Shown here piece by piece: positions 38,540 through 48,713 of a DNA stretch of 64,000 nucleotides. The position numbers were made by a program, and so were the translations under genes. The notes beneath the pieces were generated by a model. It worked only from the letters and a program-made list of their open reading frames with translations, was not told where the DNA came from and searched no databases. This stretch comes from Lama glama (lineage: Eukaryota). Positions within the stretch are counted from its first letter, which is position 1, and each line of letters starts with the position of its first letter. The stretch is from assembly GCA_028534125.1 (NCBI GenBank), contig CM052816.1, positions 80,292,001 through 80,356,000 of the forward strand. Reading direction: 5' to 3'.

Positions 38540-41519
38540 GAGACATCGTCCCTAATGTCAGACACAGTGGAGCACGCAGCAAGAAATCAATCTTTTCTTT
38601 AGCTCTGCTCGTCTTGTGTCTGCCCATTGGATGCCCCATGTTATGACTTGTAGCTGCAGTCGTCTGCCGACCCCTCACTCTCAGCCAGCCGTCTGCACAA
38701 CCGTTTCCTTATTTTAGGCATCATTTGTTTTAAGGGAAACTGGGCTATGCCTCCATTCACCAGTGGCAAAGAATAAGTGTGGGTGACAGCACCTCCACGC
38801 GCCTTTCTCCCTGTGTCTCGGTGCAGCTGAATGGAGAGACAGGCTCTGTTTTCCACAGGGCATTTCAGGCCTTGACGAAACCCGAGAAGCAGACTAGCAT
38901 GTACCTGTGATGCTAGGATTTATTCTAGGATGTGATTTTTTTTTTTTAACCAGGGGCCCAAATATAGTCAGGTGGGAGGGGCATATTTTTCATCAGATTT
39001 GCCATTACTCAAAATATTGGCGATGATTTATTTTATGATGTTAATTTACTCACATTTAATTCATAGTTACTTGCTTGTAATTAATTCGTGTTAATTTATG
39101 ATATCCCTGACATGTCTACAACATCTCATGCTGGAGGATTCACCACTTTCAAAGAGCTCATTTTATTGACACGGTGAAAATCTCTCTCTCTAGCCTGCAC
39201 TTTGGTTCCATCCCCTGGAGTCTATATGAAAGGCTTTCGAAGAACTGCGTCCTGTGTCCCCTGTGATCTTCTCTTCTCCAGGTGCAGTAGCTTCTCTCAG
39301 GCATGATCATTACATAATTTGTCTGAAGCTGCACAGCCCTAAGTGGCAGAGCTGGGCTTTGAACCAGGCACTTGGGCTCTGCTGTTTCCTATGAGAGCAG
39401 CCCTGAGCCTGCAGGCGGGCAGCTGGTCTGTGCTAGGTAAGTGATAGCCATCATCACTATTTTTAAAGGCTCCCCATCCTGCTCCCCCAGGCCTAGAATT
39501 CCCCCCATCCACAGCACTTCAGAAGTGTTTGTCTATACAATTCCAGATGGGCCTGTGGGGCGCAGAATGATTTGCCCACATGTCTTTACAATTAAAAAGA
39601 TGTATGTGGTTCCTCTTCCTGCTTCGTCTTAAGATTCTGGTGGTGTAGTCTAATGGCCTCGGATGAGTTTCTAACTTAGCATGAATTTCTAACTTCCATG
39701 CTGGAAGGGAATTTGGAGAAAGGAAATGAGGTGCTTGGAAGACAGGGCCATCGGGATTTGGACTGCTCTGTGGTTTACCTCGGGCGGAGTAGAATGGACC
39801 GCTCAGTAGCGCGGCAGGCCCTGCGGTGTCAGCTCATTTAGGGTAGCAGCTCTGAGAAGAGGAACTGTGCTCTTTGGGTGGGTCTTTGGGCCCTCTTTCA
39901 CACACCTGCCGGGGGTATGAGGAGTGCAGACCCACTCCTGACATTTCCATTTGCAGGGCTCAGGGCAAGAACACTGATGGAGGTCCGTCGTCCTCCTCCC
40001 GCCCTTAGCTCTGTCCTGTACCGTGAGGGCCCTTGTGTGCACTTTGGCATCGGTACACCCATGGCCTTCCCAGCCCCTCCACTCTCTATCACACCTCTGA
40101 ACAGCCGCCCTGAGTCACCCCTCACACCTAAAGGTACACAGACTCAGCGGTGTTGTCTACCTTCTGGAGGAAAGGACCCACTAAACCCTTATCAATAGGC
40201 TCAGGGCCATTTAGATGGAGGAATTCTGATGTCTCAGGTACTGGAGCATCATCCAGAAGGTGGGAGGTGGATTCCTTGCATGTGGGGATGGGCACAGCTG
40301 GGAGGGGAGGTCAGAGCAGGGCCCTCTAATAATCAAACCCAGGGCAGGGTTGGCTGCCTGGGTCTGAGGGCAGCGCTGAAGAGTGCCAGCCAGAGGGCAA
40401 GCCAGATCCACTGTCATTGTGGGGCAGCCCCCTCCCCAATTTCTCTAGTGGTCTCAAACTGGGTCTGTATTATCTCACATTCCCTCTCCTCTTGCTACTT
40501 TTGGGGGCTTCCAGGCTGCTGCTGCAGTTCTCTTGATCGCCTCCTTTTTTAAGAGTCTGATCTCTGCTGCCACTGCATCATCACCCCTGTGCCTGGGGCA
40601 GTGCTAGGGTGTGGGGTGGTACATCTGGAGCCCCTCAGAGATCTGGTCTCTTCTAGTTTGTGTGCAGTGGTGGGGCGGGAGGAGGGAGGGGCAGGGGCTT
40701 ACACGGAAGTGGTCACTCCTTCCTGCTCACTGCTCATGCTTGCCACCTGCAGAACACACAGCTTCCTGATCAGACACCAGTCTCTCTGGGATCCTGCAGT
40801 TTATCCCATTTTTCTCCAGATTATTATTTTTTTTCCTGGACTGGGCTGGGCTGTCTTCTCAAACCTGAATGTGCTGTTGTTTCACTTAATCTCTGAGATG
40901 TTCTCCTCTCCCCACGGACACTTATTCTCTGCCCCTCAGTCAGGTCCCCCTGCTGTCTACTGCTATATTCACTCACAAAGGAAAGCATCTCATTCTCTTT
41001 CGGGAGGATCACATGCAAAACTACTCCATCTTCCCCAGCCTTCCTCCCTCCCTCTCCCGCTCACATCATCCATCCTAGAGCAGCAGGGTCGTGACTGTCT
41101 TAGGAACGACTGGGGAGAACACCTGCTCCCAACCCCACAGCGTAGGAGGAAGATGAGCAGGTGCCCCTAGGAGCCCACATGACACAGCACTTAGCTTCCT
41201 GAAAGAAACAGCACCAAGCTGCCTCTTTTGTTTCACCTCCCTGTCCTTGATCTCTGTAAGGTTTAGAAGTGGAATTATTTGCAGAGGGAGTTCCATGTAT
41301 ATTTCCTGATCATTTCTGCAAGGATAGCTCTGGTGATTGAAGATTTTGAAATGAATGATTGCGTGATCTGGGAGGGTGATCTGCAGCTGAGGGCCATCAA
41401 CCCTAGACCCCCAGGAAGTCAAGAGTAGTCATCTCTGGCCAACCACAGTCTTTATTGCAAATGAAGCTAGTTTCAGATGGAACACTGGCTGGGCTATTGG
41501 ATGAAGAAGAGAGCTAGAA

Positions 41520-41575
41520 TACACACACATGCACACACACACACACATTCTCTCTCTCTCTCTCACACACACACA
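41520..41575. repeat. Compound (CA)n(TC)n(CA)n microsatellite
   Basis: Direct reading. Confidence 0.9.
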
Positions 41576-44500
41576 AATATTCAAATACTTTACTTTTTTA
41601 ACTCAACCGCATTGAGGTTTGAATGAGTTGATAGAATCCAATTTTAAAAGCCTTTAGCCACCTTGGGAACTCAAACATTTGTCCTTAGTATACCAGTGTC
41701 ATATCCACTCTGGGACAAAAATGTTCCATTCCCAGACCAATAGAGCAAGTGCAGGGACACCTACATTCTTTGTAGAAATCCTAGGATATCCTGTCGGAGA
41801 AAGGGAAGCCACACTGCTCTGCCTCCCACTTCCCCCGCAACGTACCTGGCATTCCAGCCTCAAAGCTTCTGATCACTGCATTTCCTCAGCTTCAGATGTC
41901 CTCTCTGCATCCCCACTTCCTGTCTCAATTGCCATACTTGCCCGTCTACATTGCACCCATATTTCTAGGTCCATCTCAAATACTGCTTTGACCAGGAAGC
42001 CTCTGATCCCCCAGCAGAATCAAGCTTTCCACCCCTGGATTCCCATAGGTAGCACTTTCTCTTGGCCCTTTCTATGACATTCAACTCACTGTTCCATGAC
42101 TCATTTGCCTTGTACACATGGCAGTGTCCCCTTCTAAATGTTAGGAATGTGTACTCGATCCCAGCACTCAGCACAGGGCTTGGCACACGACAGGCATCCA
42201 AAAACTAAATCACTGATGTCAGCTGATTTGACCACTTCCTTGTTGATGCTTTTGTCCTTGTCGTAGACAAAAGTCACGGTCATTGCTCCCTCTAGCCACG
42301 TTCTCAGAAGCCCTCAGGTTTGAATGAGGACAGGGTGACCCTTTTCACAGAGATCTTTCATGAAGGCCTTGCCCCCCCTTCTGTTTTCCTAGTACCCATC
42401 ATAGCAGAATCACACACTTCAACATACTTTCCTAAAAATCCTGGGCTACCTACGCATTATTTTATTGTCAAAACCAAAGTGACAAGTTGCCTTAATAAAG
42501 AGAATCTCAGTAAGAGTCTAACAGCAGTGTTACACATGGATACACTGCCATGCTACTTTTGTTCTTTGTTGTGTTCACTTGTTCATTTATTTGTATTTTG
42601 GAGACCTGAAGAGCTTACCATTCCATCTTTATTAGCCCATTGGTTTTCAATATCAGTATCATTAGGGTTTCTTCCTAAGGGGCAGTGAGAGACTAATATG
42701 ACTACTTTAAAATAAACGCATTATTCTGTTTTCTAAAAAAAGCTAACTTCTCAAGATTGCTCAGGACTGGGGAGGTCAGGCAGCTTCTGTTTTTGTGGCA
42801 AGGTTCTGAGTGCTTCCTCATTGCACTGTGTTGTGTTACAGAAAGCAGGACAAGGGATGCTGGGGCTGCAGAGCTCACATTTTGAGCCTTAAATCTCAGA
42901 TACTGCAGGGAATTTCCAACAAAATTACAAAATGATTTGTAGTTCAAGAGGCTATTTAAGCAGACATGTTTGTATAATGATTATGGTCATTAAAATAAGC
43001 ACACCAGTAGGTGCTCACATGGTGGGGGTTTTTAACCCCAAAACTAGGTTGCCAAGCAGAACAACAGTAGCACCTCTGTCAAAGTTGGCAGCTGGGTGGG
43101 TAGATTGATGTTTGATCCCCGATCTCTGAGCAGCCTCAGGAAAGAACTACACTGCTGTGACCAGAACAGAATTGTCATGAGAAATCTGTCACTCTTCAGG
43201 GATGGTCCCATAGACCATCCAGGGGTTAAGGAAGAATTCATCATGCAGGTCAACACACTGAGTACTCCTTAGAATAAATGAAACTTAGTTAAGGTAGTGT
43301 CCTTTGGGAATTCTGATTCCCTGCCTTCTCTCCTTGGTGTTAGAAACAGTAAGGAACCTCACACCTGAAAGTCTGGCGGTCCCCTCAGAACAGGATCTCA
43401 GTCTTTTTCCTTCAGGACAGGTTGTACTTGTCTCATTCCCTTTCCCATCTCACTCCTCCTCTTGAAAGATCAGTCTCCAGCTTCCAGGAATTTGGTTTTC
43501 AGGAACCACAATTCTACAGCATCTCTTAATCTGCTCTCTCAGTTTACAAAAAAAAAAAAAAAAAAGCGGCAGAGCCATCCCTCTACTCGCTGGTCCAGAG
43601 CCTCAATCAAACCGGTATTCTGATTCCCAAAGAATGAGGGGAGAAAAGTCCCCACTCTCAATAGCATGTCTACTCAGATCATTTCCAGTTGCTCCTGAGT
43701 ACAGCTCACCTGCAGCGCGCAGACCCCAGCGCACGCACAGCGTCTCCCGGCACCCACACCGCTCTCCGGGGAACCCAGATGCCCAGGCTTCGAGCGCATG
43801 GTGCACTCACTTGCTTCAGGGTTACCTAGAGAGCGCGTGAACCCCCTTTCCCCTTTAGGGGCCGTTGCCTGAAGAGGTCTCTCTGTTAGGTCCCTCCAAC
43901 TACACTGCGTCCGCTAGCTCCCGCGGTGACGCGAATAGCTGGAGTGTTTTGGCCACGGCGACCTGTGAGCACAGAGGCAGTGCAAAGTCGCGGTCGGGCT
44001 TCGCGTGTGCCCACTCGCCCTGTCCGAAATGATAAACCTTTAGACGTCCCACGGGAGGTGGCTTTCTCCCAGTCTAGGATGTCACTCCTTTCTTCCAACT
44101 CCGAAAAAGTTTCTTGGCTCTCGGCGCAACCAAGCAGCAAGTTAGTCTCGGGGTCAAGGCTTAAAGGAAAGGTTTTGTGGGAGGCTTCCTCGGCTGGATG
44201 CACCTTGAGGACCCTTTCAAGAGCTGCATTAAAGTCGCAGCTCCATTGTCCGCCAATCGTTTGGCTGAGCCCCACTTCCTCGCGCCCGAATTGCTCTACA
44301 TGCCTCTCTCCGCTTCTGGGCGTCCCCACACTGCTCAGCATTGACAGCACAAGGAGAGAAAGGGGGATGTGTGCACAGAAGGTGGACCGAGGCTGGTGGC
44401 TTGGCCCTGTGAGTCAGTCTGATCTCGGCCTCTTTGCCAGCTCGCTCGCGCGCTCTCTCTCTGTCTCTCTCTCTCTGCCTGTTTTCGCAGCCTCCCCTCT

Positions 44501-44682
44501 CTGGCAAAGGTCCCCCGGCCTCTTCACTGGTTGCTGCTCCTTGGTGCTTCTCCCTACCCTCGTCCCTCCGACCTCTGAATCCGGGTCCCCCTCCCCCCCA
44601 TCATCCCCTACCCCTTTCTCCCCTTTCCCTCCCGGAGAAGGCCACTTTGCAGTTTCTGCCCACCCTTGGGCTTCAGCCTGCT

Positions 44683-46059
44683 TCAGTAGGCGGAGCTGCT
44701 GGGCAGCACGTCGTAGCGCCCCCCGCTGTAGACTACCACGCCCGGCGGGTAGTAGAGCAGGTCGGGCTCGGCGGCCTGGTGGAGAGGCGCCAGGGCCTGC
44801 AGCCCCTGGTCCTCGGGCTCCGGCTTGGTGGTGGCGGTGAAAGGGCGCATGCTGGTGAGAGAAGGCGACGCGATGCGCCACAGCAGGTTCTTGAGAGCTT
44901 TACGAAACTCCCGGCGCACGAGGCAGTAGAGGATGGGGTTGAGACAGCTGTTGGAGTGCGCCAGGCACACGCTCACGGGGAACGCGTACACCTGGCACAG
45001 GAAGTACTCTTGACTAAAGGGCACCGCGTTGAACTTGATGAGGATGCTCCAGGTAGTGAGCGCCTGGTTGGGCAGCCAACACAAGAAGAAGGACAGGACC
45101 ACGATGGTCACTGATCTGGTGACCTTGGAGCGTCTCCGGGCGCTGGCTTCGGCCAGGCATCCCCCGGCTGCCGAGGCCCCTCCTTCGGTCCCGGCCACGC
45201 GGTGGTCGGAGATGAAGCGCACCAGCAGCAGATAGCACAGGCTGATGATGCCCAGCGGCAGCACAAAGCCCAGCAGCACCTTCTGCAAATGGTAGAGGCC
45301 CAGCCAGAACTGCCGGTCGCAGCCCAGCAACTTGTCCGGGAAACGTACCAGGCACAGCTCCTCGCCCATCACCTTGATCGTGGTGGAGAAGATGGCATTG
45401 GGCAGTGAGGCGAGCGCGGCCAAGGCCCAGATCAACACGCACAGTGCTCTGGCCGAGAAGCAGCGGCTGTCCGCCAGGCTCCGGCCGCAGCACTCTCCCC
45501 GGCCGTGCCCTCGGGTCCGGTGGCTCTTAAGAGCCGAGGCCACCGAGTGGTAGCGCGCCACGCTCATGGAGGTGAGGAAAAAGACGCTGGCATACATGTT
45601 CATGGACGTCACGATGGAAACGATCTTACACATGGCCTTGCCAAAGGGCCATTTGAAGTCGAGGGCGTTTTCGACTGCCCAGAAGGGCAGAGTGAGCACG
45701 AACTGAAAGTCAGTCAGCGCCAGGTTGGTGACGAAGAGGTTGATGGAGGACTTGCGCCAGCCCAGCTTACTCTTCATCAGGTAGAGCACCAGAAGGTTGC
45801 CCGTCAGCCCCAGGGCGCACACCACCCAGTACACCACGCTGATGAGGATCCTCACCCGGGCCTCGGTGTCCGCGCTCTCTGGGCCGCCGCCGCCGTCCGG
45901 GGGAAGCCCTGGCGCTGCGCCGTCCGGCAACTCTAGCCCCAGCTCCCACCACAAGTCCTGGAGCTGCGACTCGTTGCCGCTGGTGTTGGCTGCCTGCACA
46001 AGGTCTGGAATCAGACTGAAGAGTTCTGCGAGCTCGTCCCCGCCGGCCGCTTTATTCAT
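44683..46059 (-). CDS. RXFP3: RXFP3 relaxin family peptide receptor 3 (GPCR135/SALPR), intronless class A GPCR, 458 aa from first ATG
   Basis: 7TM ORF with MNKAAGGDELAELFSL, DLWWELGLELPDG, NLALTDFQFVLTLPFWAVENALDFKWPFG, ARY, CWLP, NPILY and a YSGGRYDVLPSSSAY C-terminus. The ORF track starts at GTG 46086; the first in-frame ATG is 46059. Confidence 0.97.
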   Translation of the reverse strand: MNKAAGGDELAELFSLIPDLVQAANTSGNESQLQDLWWELGLELPDGAAPGLPPDGGGGPESADTEARVRILISVVYWVVCALGLTGNLLVLYLMKSKLGWRKSSINLFVTNLALTDFQFVLTLPFWAVENALDFKWPFGKAMCKIVSIVTSMNMYASVFFLTSMSVARYHSVASALKSHRTRGHGRGECCGRSLADSRCFSARALCVLIWALAALASLPNAIFSTTIKVMGEELCLVRFPDKLLGCDRQFWLGLYHLQKVLLGFVLPLGIISLCYLLLVRFISDHRVAGTEGGASAAGGCLAEASARRRSKVTRSVTIVVLSFFLCWLPNQALTTWSILIKFNAVPFSQEYFLCQVYAFPVSVCLAHSNSCLNPILYCLVRREFRKALKNLLWRIASPSLTSMRPFTATTKPEPEDQGLQALAPLHQAAEPDLLYYPPGVVVYSGGRYDVLPSSSAY

Positions 46060-46745
46060 GACGGCTATCGCGGCTGCAGCGGCCACCTGCCTGCGCAGGT
46101 GCCTCTAGGTCATGTTTCGGGGAATAAGACCTAAGGGAGTCCAGCTCTCCCAGGGTTCCGTCCCAAGTCGAGGGCGCACGTAGTGCTTGGGGGCTTTCAA
46201 AACAGCAGCTGAAGAGAGCGCCTAGGAACTGGGTGCCTGGCGCGAGGCCGGCGCGCGGAGTTTGGCCTTGGGTGCGGGAGTTGCGCTCAGCGTCTGTTCT
46301 GGAGGGGAATTCGAGAGCTGAAGAGCACAGTTCCTAAGGCAAGCGGTCGGCGTCCAAAGATTCTCTGGCCAAGGATGGAGTCTCCGGGTCCCTACTGTAA
46401 GACTCAGACTTCCCCCGCCCTGCGTTTCCCACTGTCACTTGGGCACTAGCGCATACCCAACCCAGCTGCTCAAGACCGCTATTGGGGGCCCGCTGCTTCG
46501 CTTTCAAATACCTTTGCTGGTTTCCTCTGCCGCTGCTTGGACGAGGTTTCTGAAGAGTTCTCTCTTCCTCGTTATGACTCTCTGGCGATCATTCGATGCT
46601 GTCCTCGCTGCCTCGCGTCCTCTCCTCTTCGCTGTTGTCAACTCCCAGTGAGTTGCCAGAGACGCTCGCTCGAATTATATTCCCACCCGCAAAACCGAGG
46701 CTGCGGGCTCCAAGGAGCATGCGTAACCCCCGAGGCGTGAGAGGG

Positions 46746-46766
46746 GACGCTTTCCGTGGTGCTGAA
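46746..46766 (-). promoter_or_regulatory. RE1/NRSE (REST binding site)
   Basis: Reverse complement TTCAGCACCACGGAAAGCGTC matches the consensus TTCAGCACCACGGACAGCGCC at 19/21 positions. Confidence 0.85.
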
Positions 46767-47853
46767 CTTCGCCGCTCCAGCTGCGGAGGAGGGGGAATAG
46801 GCGTGCAGTAGGCAGAGCCCAGCAGCCTATTTTGCGTTTCCTCTTCAGTTTCAGAAGGAAATGGTCGTAACCCTTTGTTTTCCTATGTTGCTAGAGAAAG
46901 TCTGCTTTGATTTGCGATCGCTTTTTCTTTCGTATTCCCCAACATAACTATTAGAATTTTTTTCTTCCTCATTTCCAAAGGCATGATTTCTGCCCATTTT
47001 TCTTTCTGAAAGCAATTATAGTTCCCTCTTTTCATGCCCAGACCTTAAGTTAGACAATGCTCTCTTATTGAATATACAAAGGCCTGCTCCACGTTCCCTT
47101 CTTAATTAGCTGACCACTTAATTAGCTGATAGGATTTTCAAAAGGTCTTCACATAACTCTGGGTTTGGGTGTTGTCCTCTGCTTTGTTGTATTCTGCGAA
47201 CCTAAGCTAAGCAGAGCGTATAAGTGGTGGCGCTGAGTTCACAGACATTAGATGTTTAGCTCTCAGCCCAAATCTCTTTAACATACTGTTTTTTCATGCA
47301 CAACCACACTCTCTTAACTTTGAGGCAATTGAAATAGAGAATTTCATAGGGCTGTTTTTGGACCACCAGCCCCCTATTTCCACTATTATTACAATCAGAA
47401 TTCTCTACCAGGTGTTTTTTTTCAGACCAATGTATGTAAATTCTAAGGAACCTTCTAAGTTACTTTGGGTAAGGGGGAACTAATATGAGCCATTTGAATT
47501 ACTTTCTTAAACTGCAGTTTACTTAAATGCCAGCTAAACTGCTCTGGTGTAAAAAGTACACTTCTTAGAATGAACTTAAGAAATGTTAAAAGTGTTCCTC
47601 AATGTCTGGAATTAAACTGAAACAAAAGCATCTTAAGCGTAATTGTCCTCAGTCCTGCAGAGCTCGCATCTTTACTTACAGAGATGAAGAGGTTGTGACT
47701 TTAAAGCAGAGGAGACAGAAGAAAAAAAAAAACATAATGAAAAAGGAATGTGGTACGCAAAATGCAGGAAGGGAAACGGAAACACTTGATTCCAAAGAGA
47801 GAATACCGGTCAGAGAACATGCTTCACTATGGTCTCTGGATTGCTCCGCTTTC

Positions 47854-47869
47854 CCGCTAGAGGGCGCCA
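47854..47869 (+). promoter_or_regulatory. CTCF core motif
   Basis: CCGCTAGAGGGCGCCA fits the CTCF core consensus CCRSYAGRKGGCRS. Confidence 0.7.
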
Positions 47870-47908
47870 GGGCTTTAAATTAAAAACAAAAACCAAATCA
47901 AACCGCTA

Positions 47909-48018
47909 TTAGAACTGCTTCTACCTACCAAAATAGTAAACCAAAGCCACACCACATACCTGAAGGAATCTTGTAGAAATTAATGTTATCATCAAGGACT
48001 TAAAAGATGCAGAGGTGG
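47909..48018 (+). mobile_element. ERV-L pol (RT N-terminus) fragment
   Basis: Frameshifted translation LELLLPTKIVNQ/HIPEGI/VEINVIIKDLKDAEV resembles ERV-L pol LELPLPxKIVNQKQYxIPGGxxEIxATIKDLKDAGV as recalled. Confidence 0.7.
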
Positions 48019-48344
48019 AAGTGGAGCAGCAGGCATTTCCACGTAGGACACCAGGCACCATTGTGTATTGCTCACATTTTCAGTGATCTGTTGGCTCACC
48101 TCATTGGCATTGGGCAGTAGCTGGGATCACAGCTCCTTCACTGCCCACCAGATCTCTTCCTCCAGCTTTTTTGAGTCCTGGACCAGATACACCTGCAGCT
48201 CTGGATAGCAGGGAAATTATGCAATCCAGTTCACACATTGGAAAGGCCATACTGATTGGTGAATGGTTATAAGGCATGAGGGTACAAGCTGGGAGCCTGG
48301 AAGAAGACCACTGAAAGAGTCTGGGTGGGAGATGATGGCAGCTT

Positions 48345-48713
48345 GTCTTAGTCCATTCAGGCTGCTATAACACAAACACAGAGACTGGGTGGCTTAAACA
48401 ACAAACATTTATTTCTTACAGCTCCAGATACTGGGAAGTTCAAAATTAAGGCATAGGCAGATTCACTGTCTGGTGATGGCCTGGTTCACAGAAAGCCATC
48501 TTCTATGCTTCTATGTTGGGTCCTCACCTGGCAGAAGGGGCAGGAGAATTTTCTGGGGCCTCTTTTATTACTAGGGCACTAATTCCATTCAAGAAAGCTT
48601 TATCTTCATGACCTAATCACCACACTGAGGCACCATCTCCTAATACCATTACATTGTGGGTTAGGATTTCAACTTATGAATTTTGGTGGGACATAAATTT
48701 TCAATCCACTACA
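48345..48713 (-). mobile_element. MLT1A/B-like MaLR LTR inserted in an L2 remnant
   Basis: tgtcttagtccattcaggctgctataaca...gactgggtggcttaaacaacaaacatttatttc. Confidence 0.8.

Larger units (their letters stand above)
43700..46810. promoter_or_regulatory. RXFP3: CpG island spanning RXFP3 promoter, CDS and 3' flank
   Basis: Visibly high GC and dense CpG compared with the CpG-depleted flanks. Boundaries estimated by eye. Confidence 0.8.

Noticed and set aside
40589..41170. 193-aa intergenic ORF
   Set aside because: GTG start, no recognisable motif, no splice structure, and composition typical of non-coding DNA.
43926..45936. Long + strand ORFs (304, 226 and 143 aa) and alternative-frame ORFs over RXFP3
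   Set aside because: Shadow ORFs of a GC-rich CDS and CpG island, mostly with non-ATG starts, low-complexity composition and no recognisable domain.
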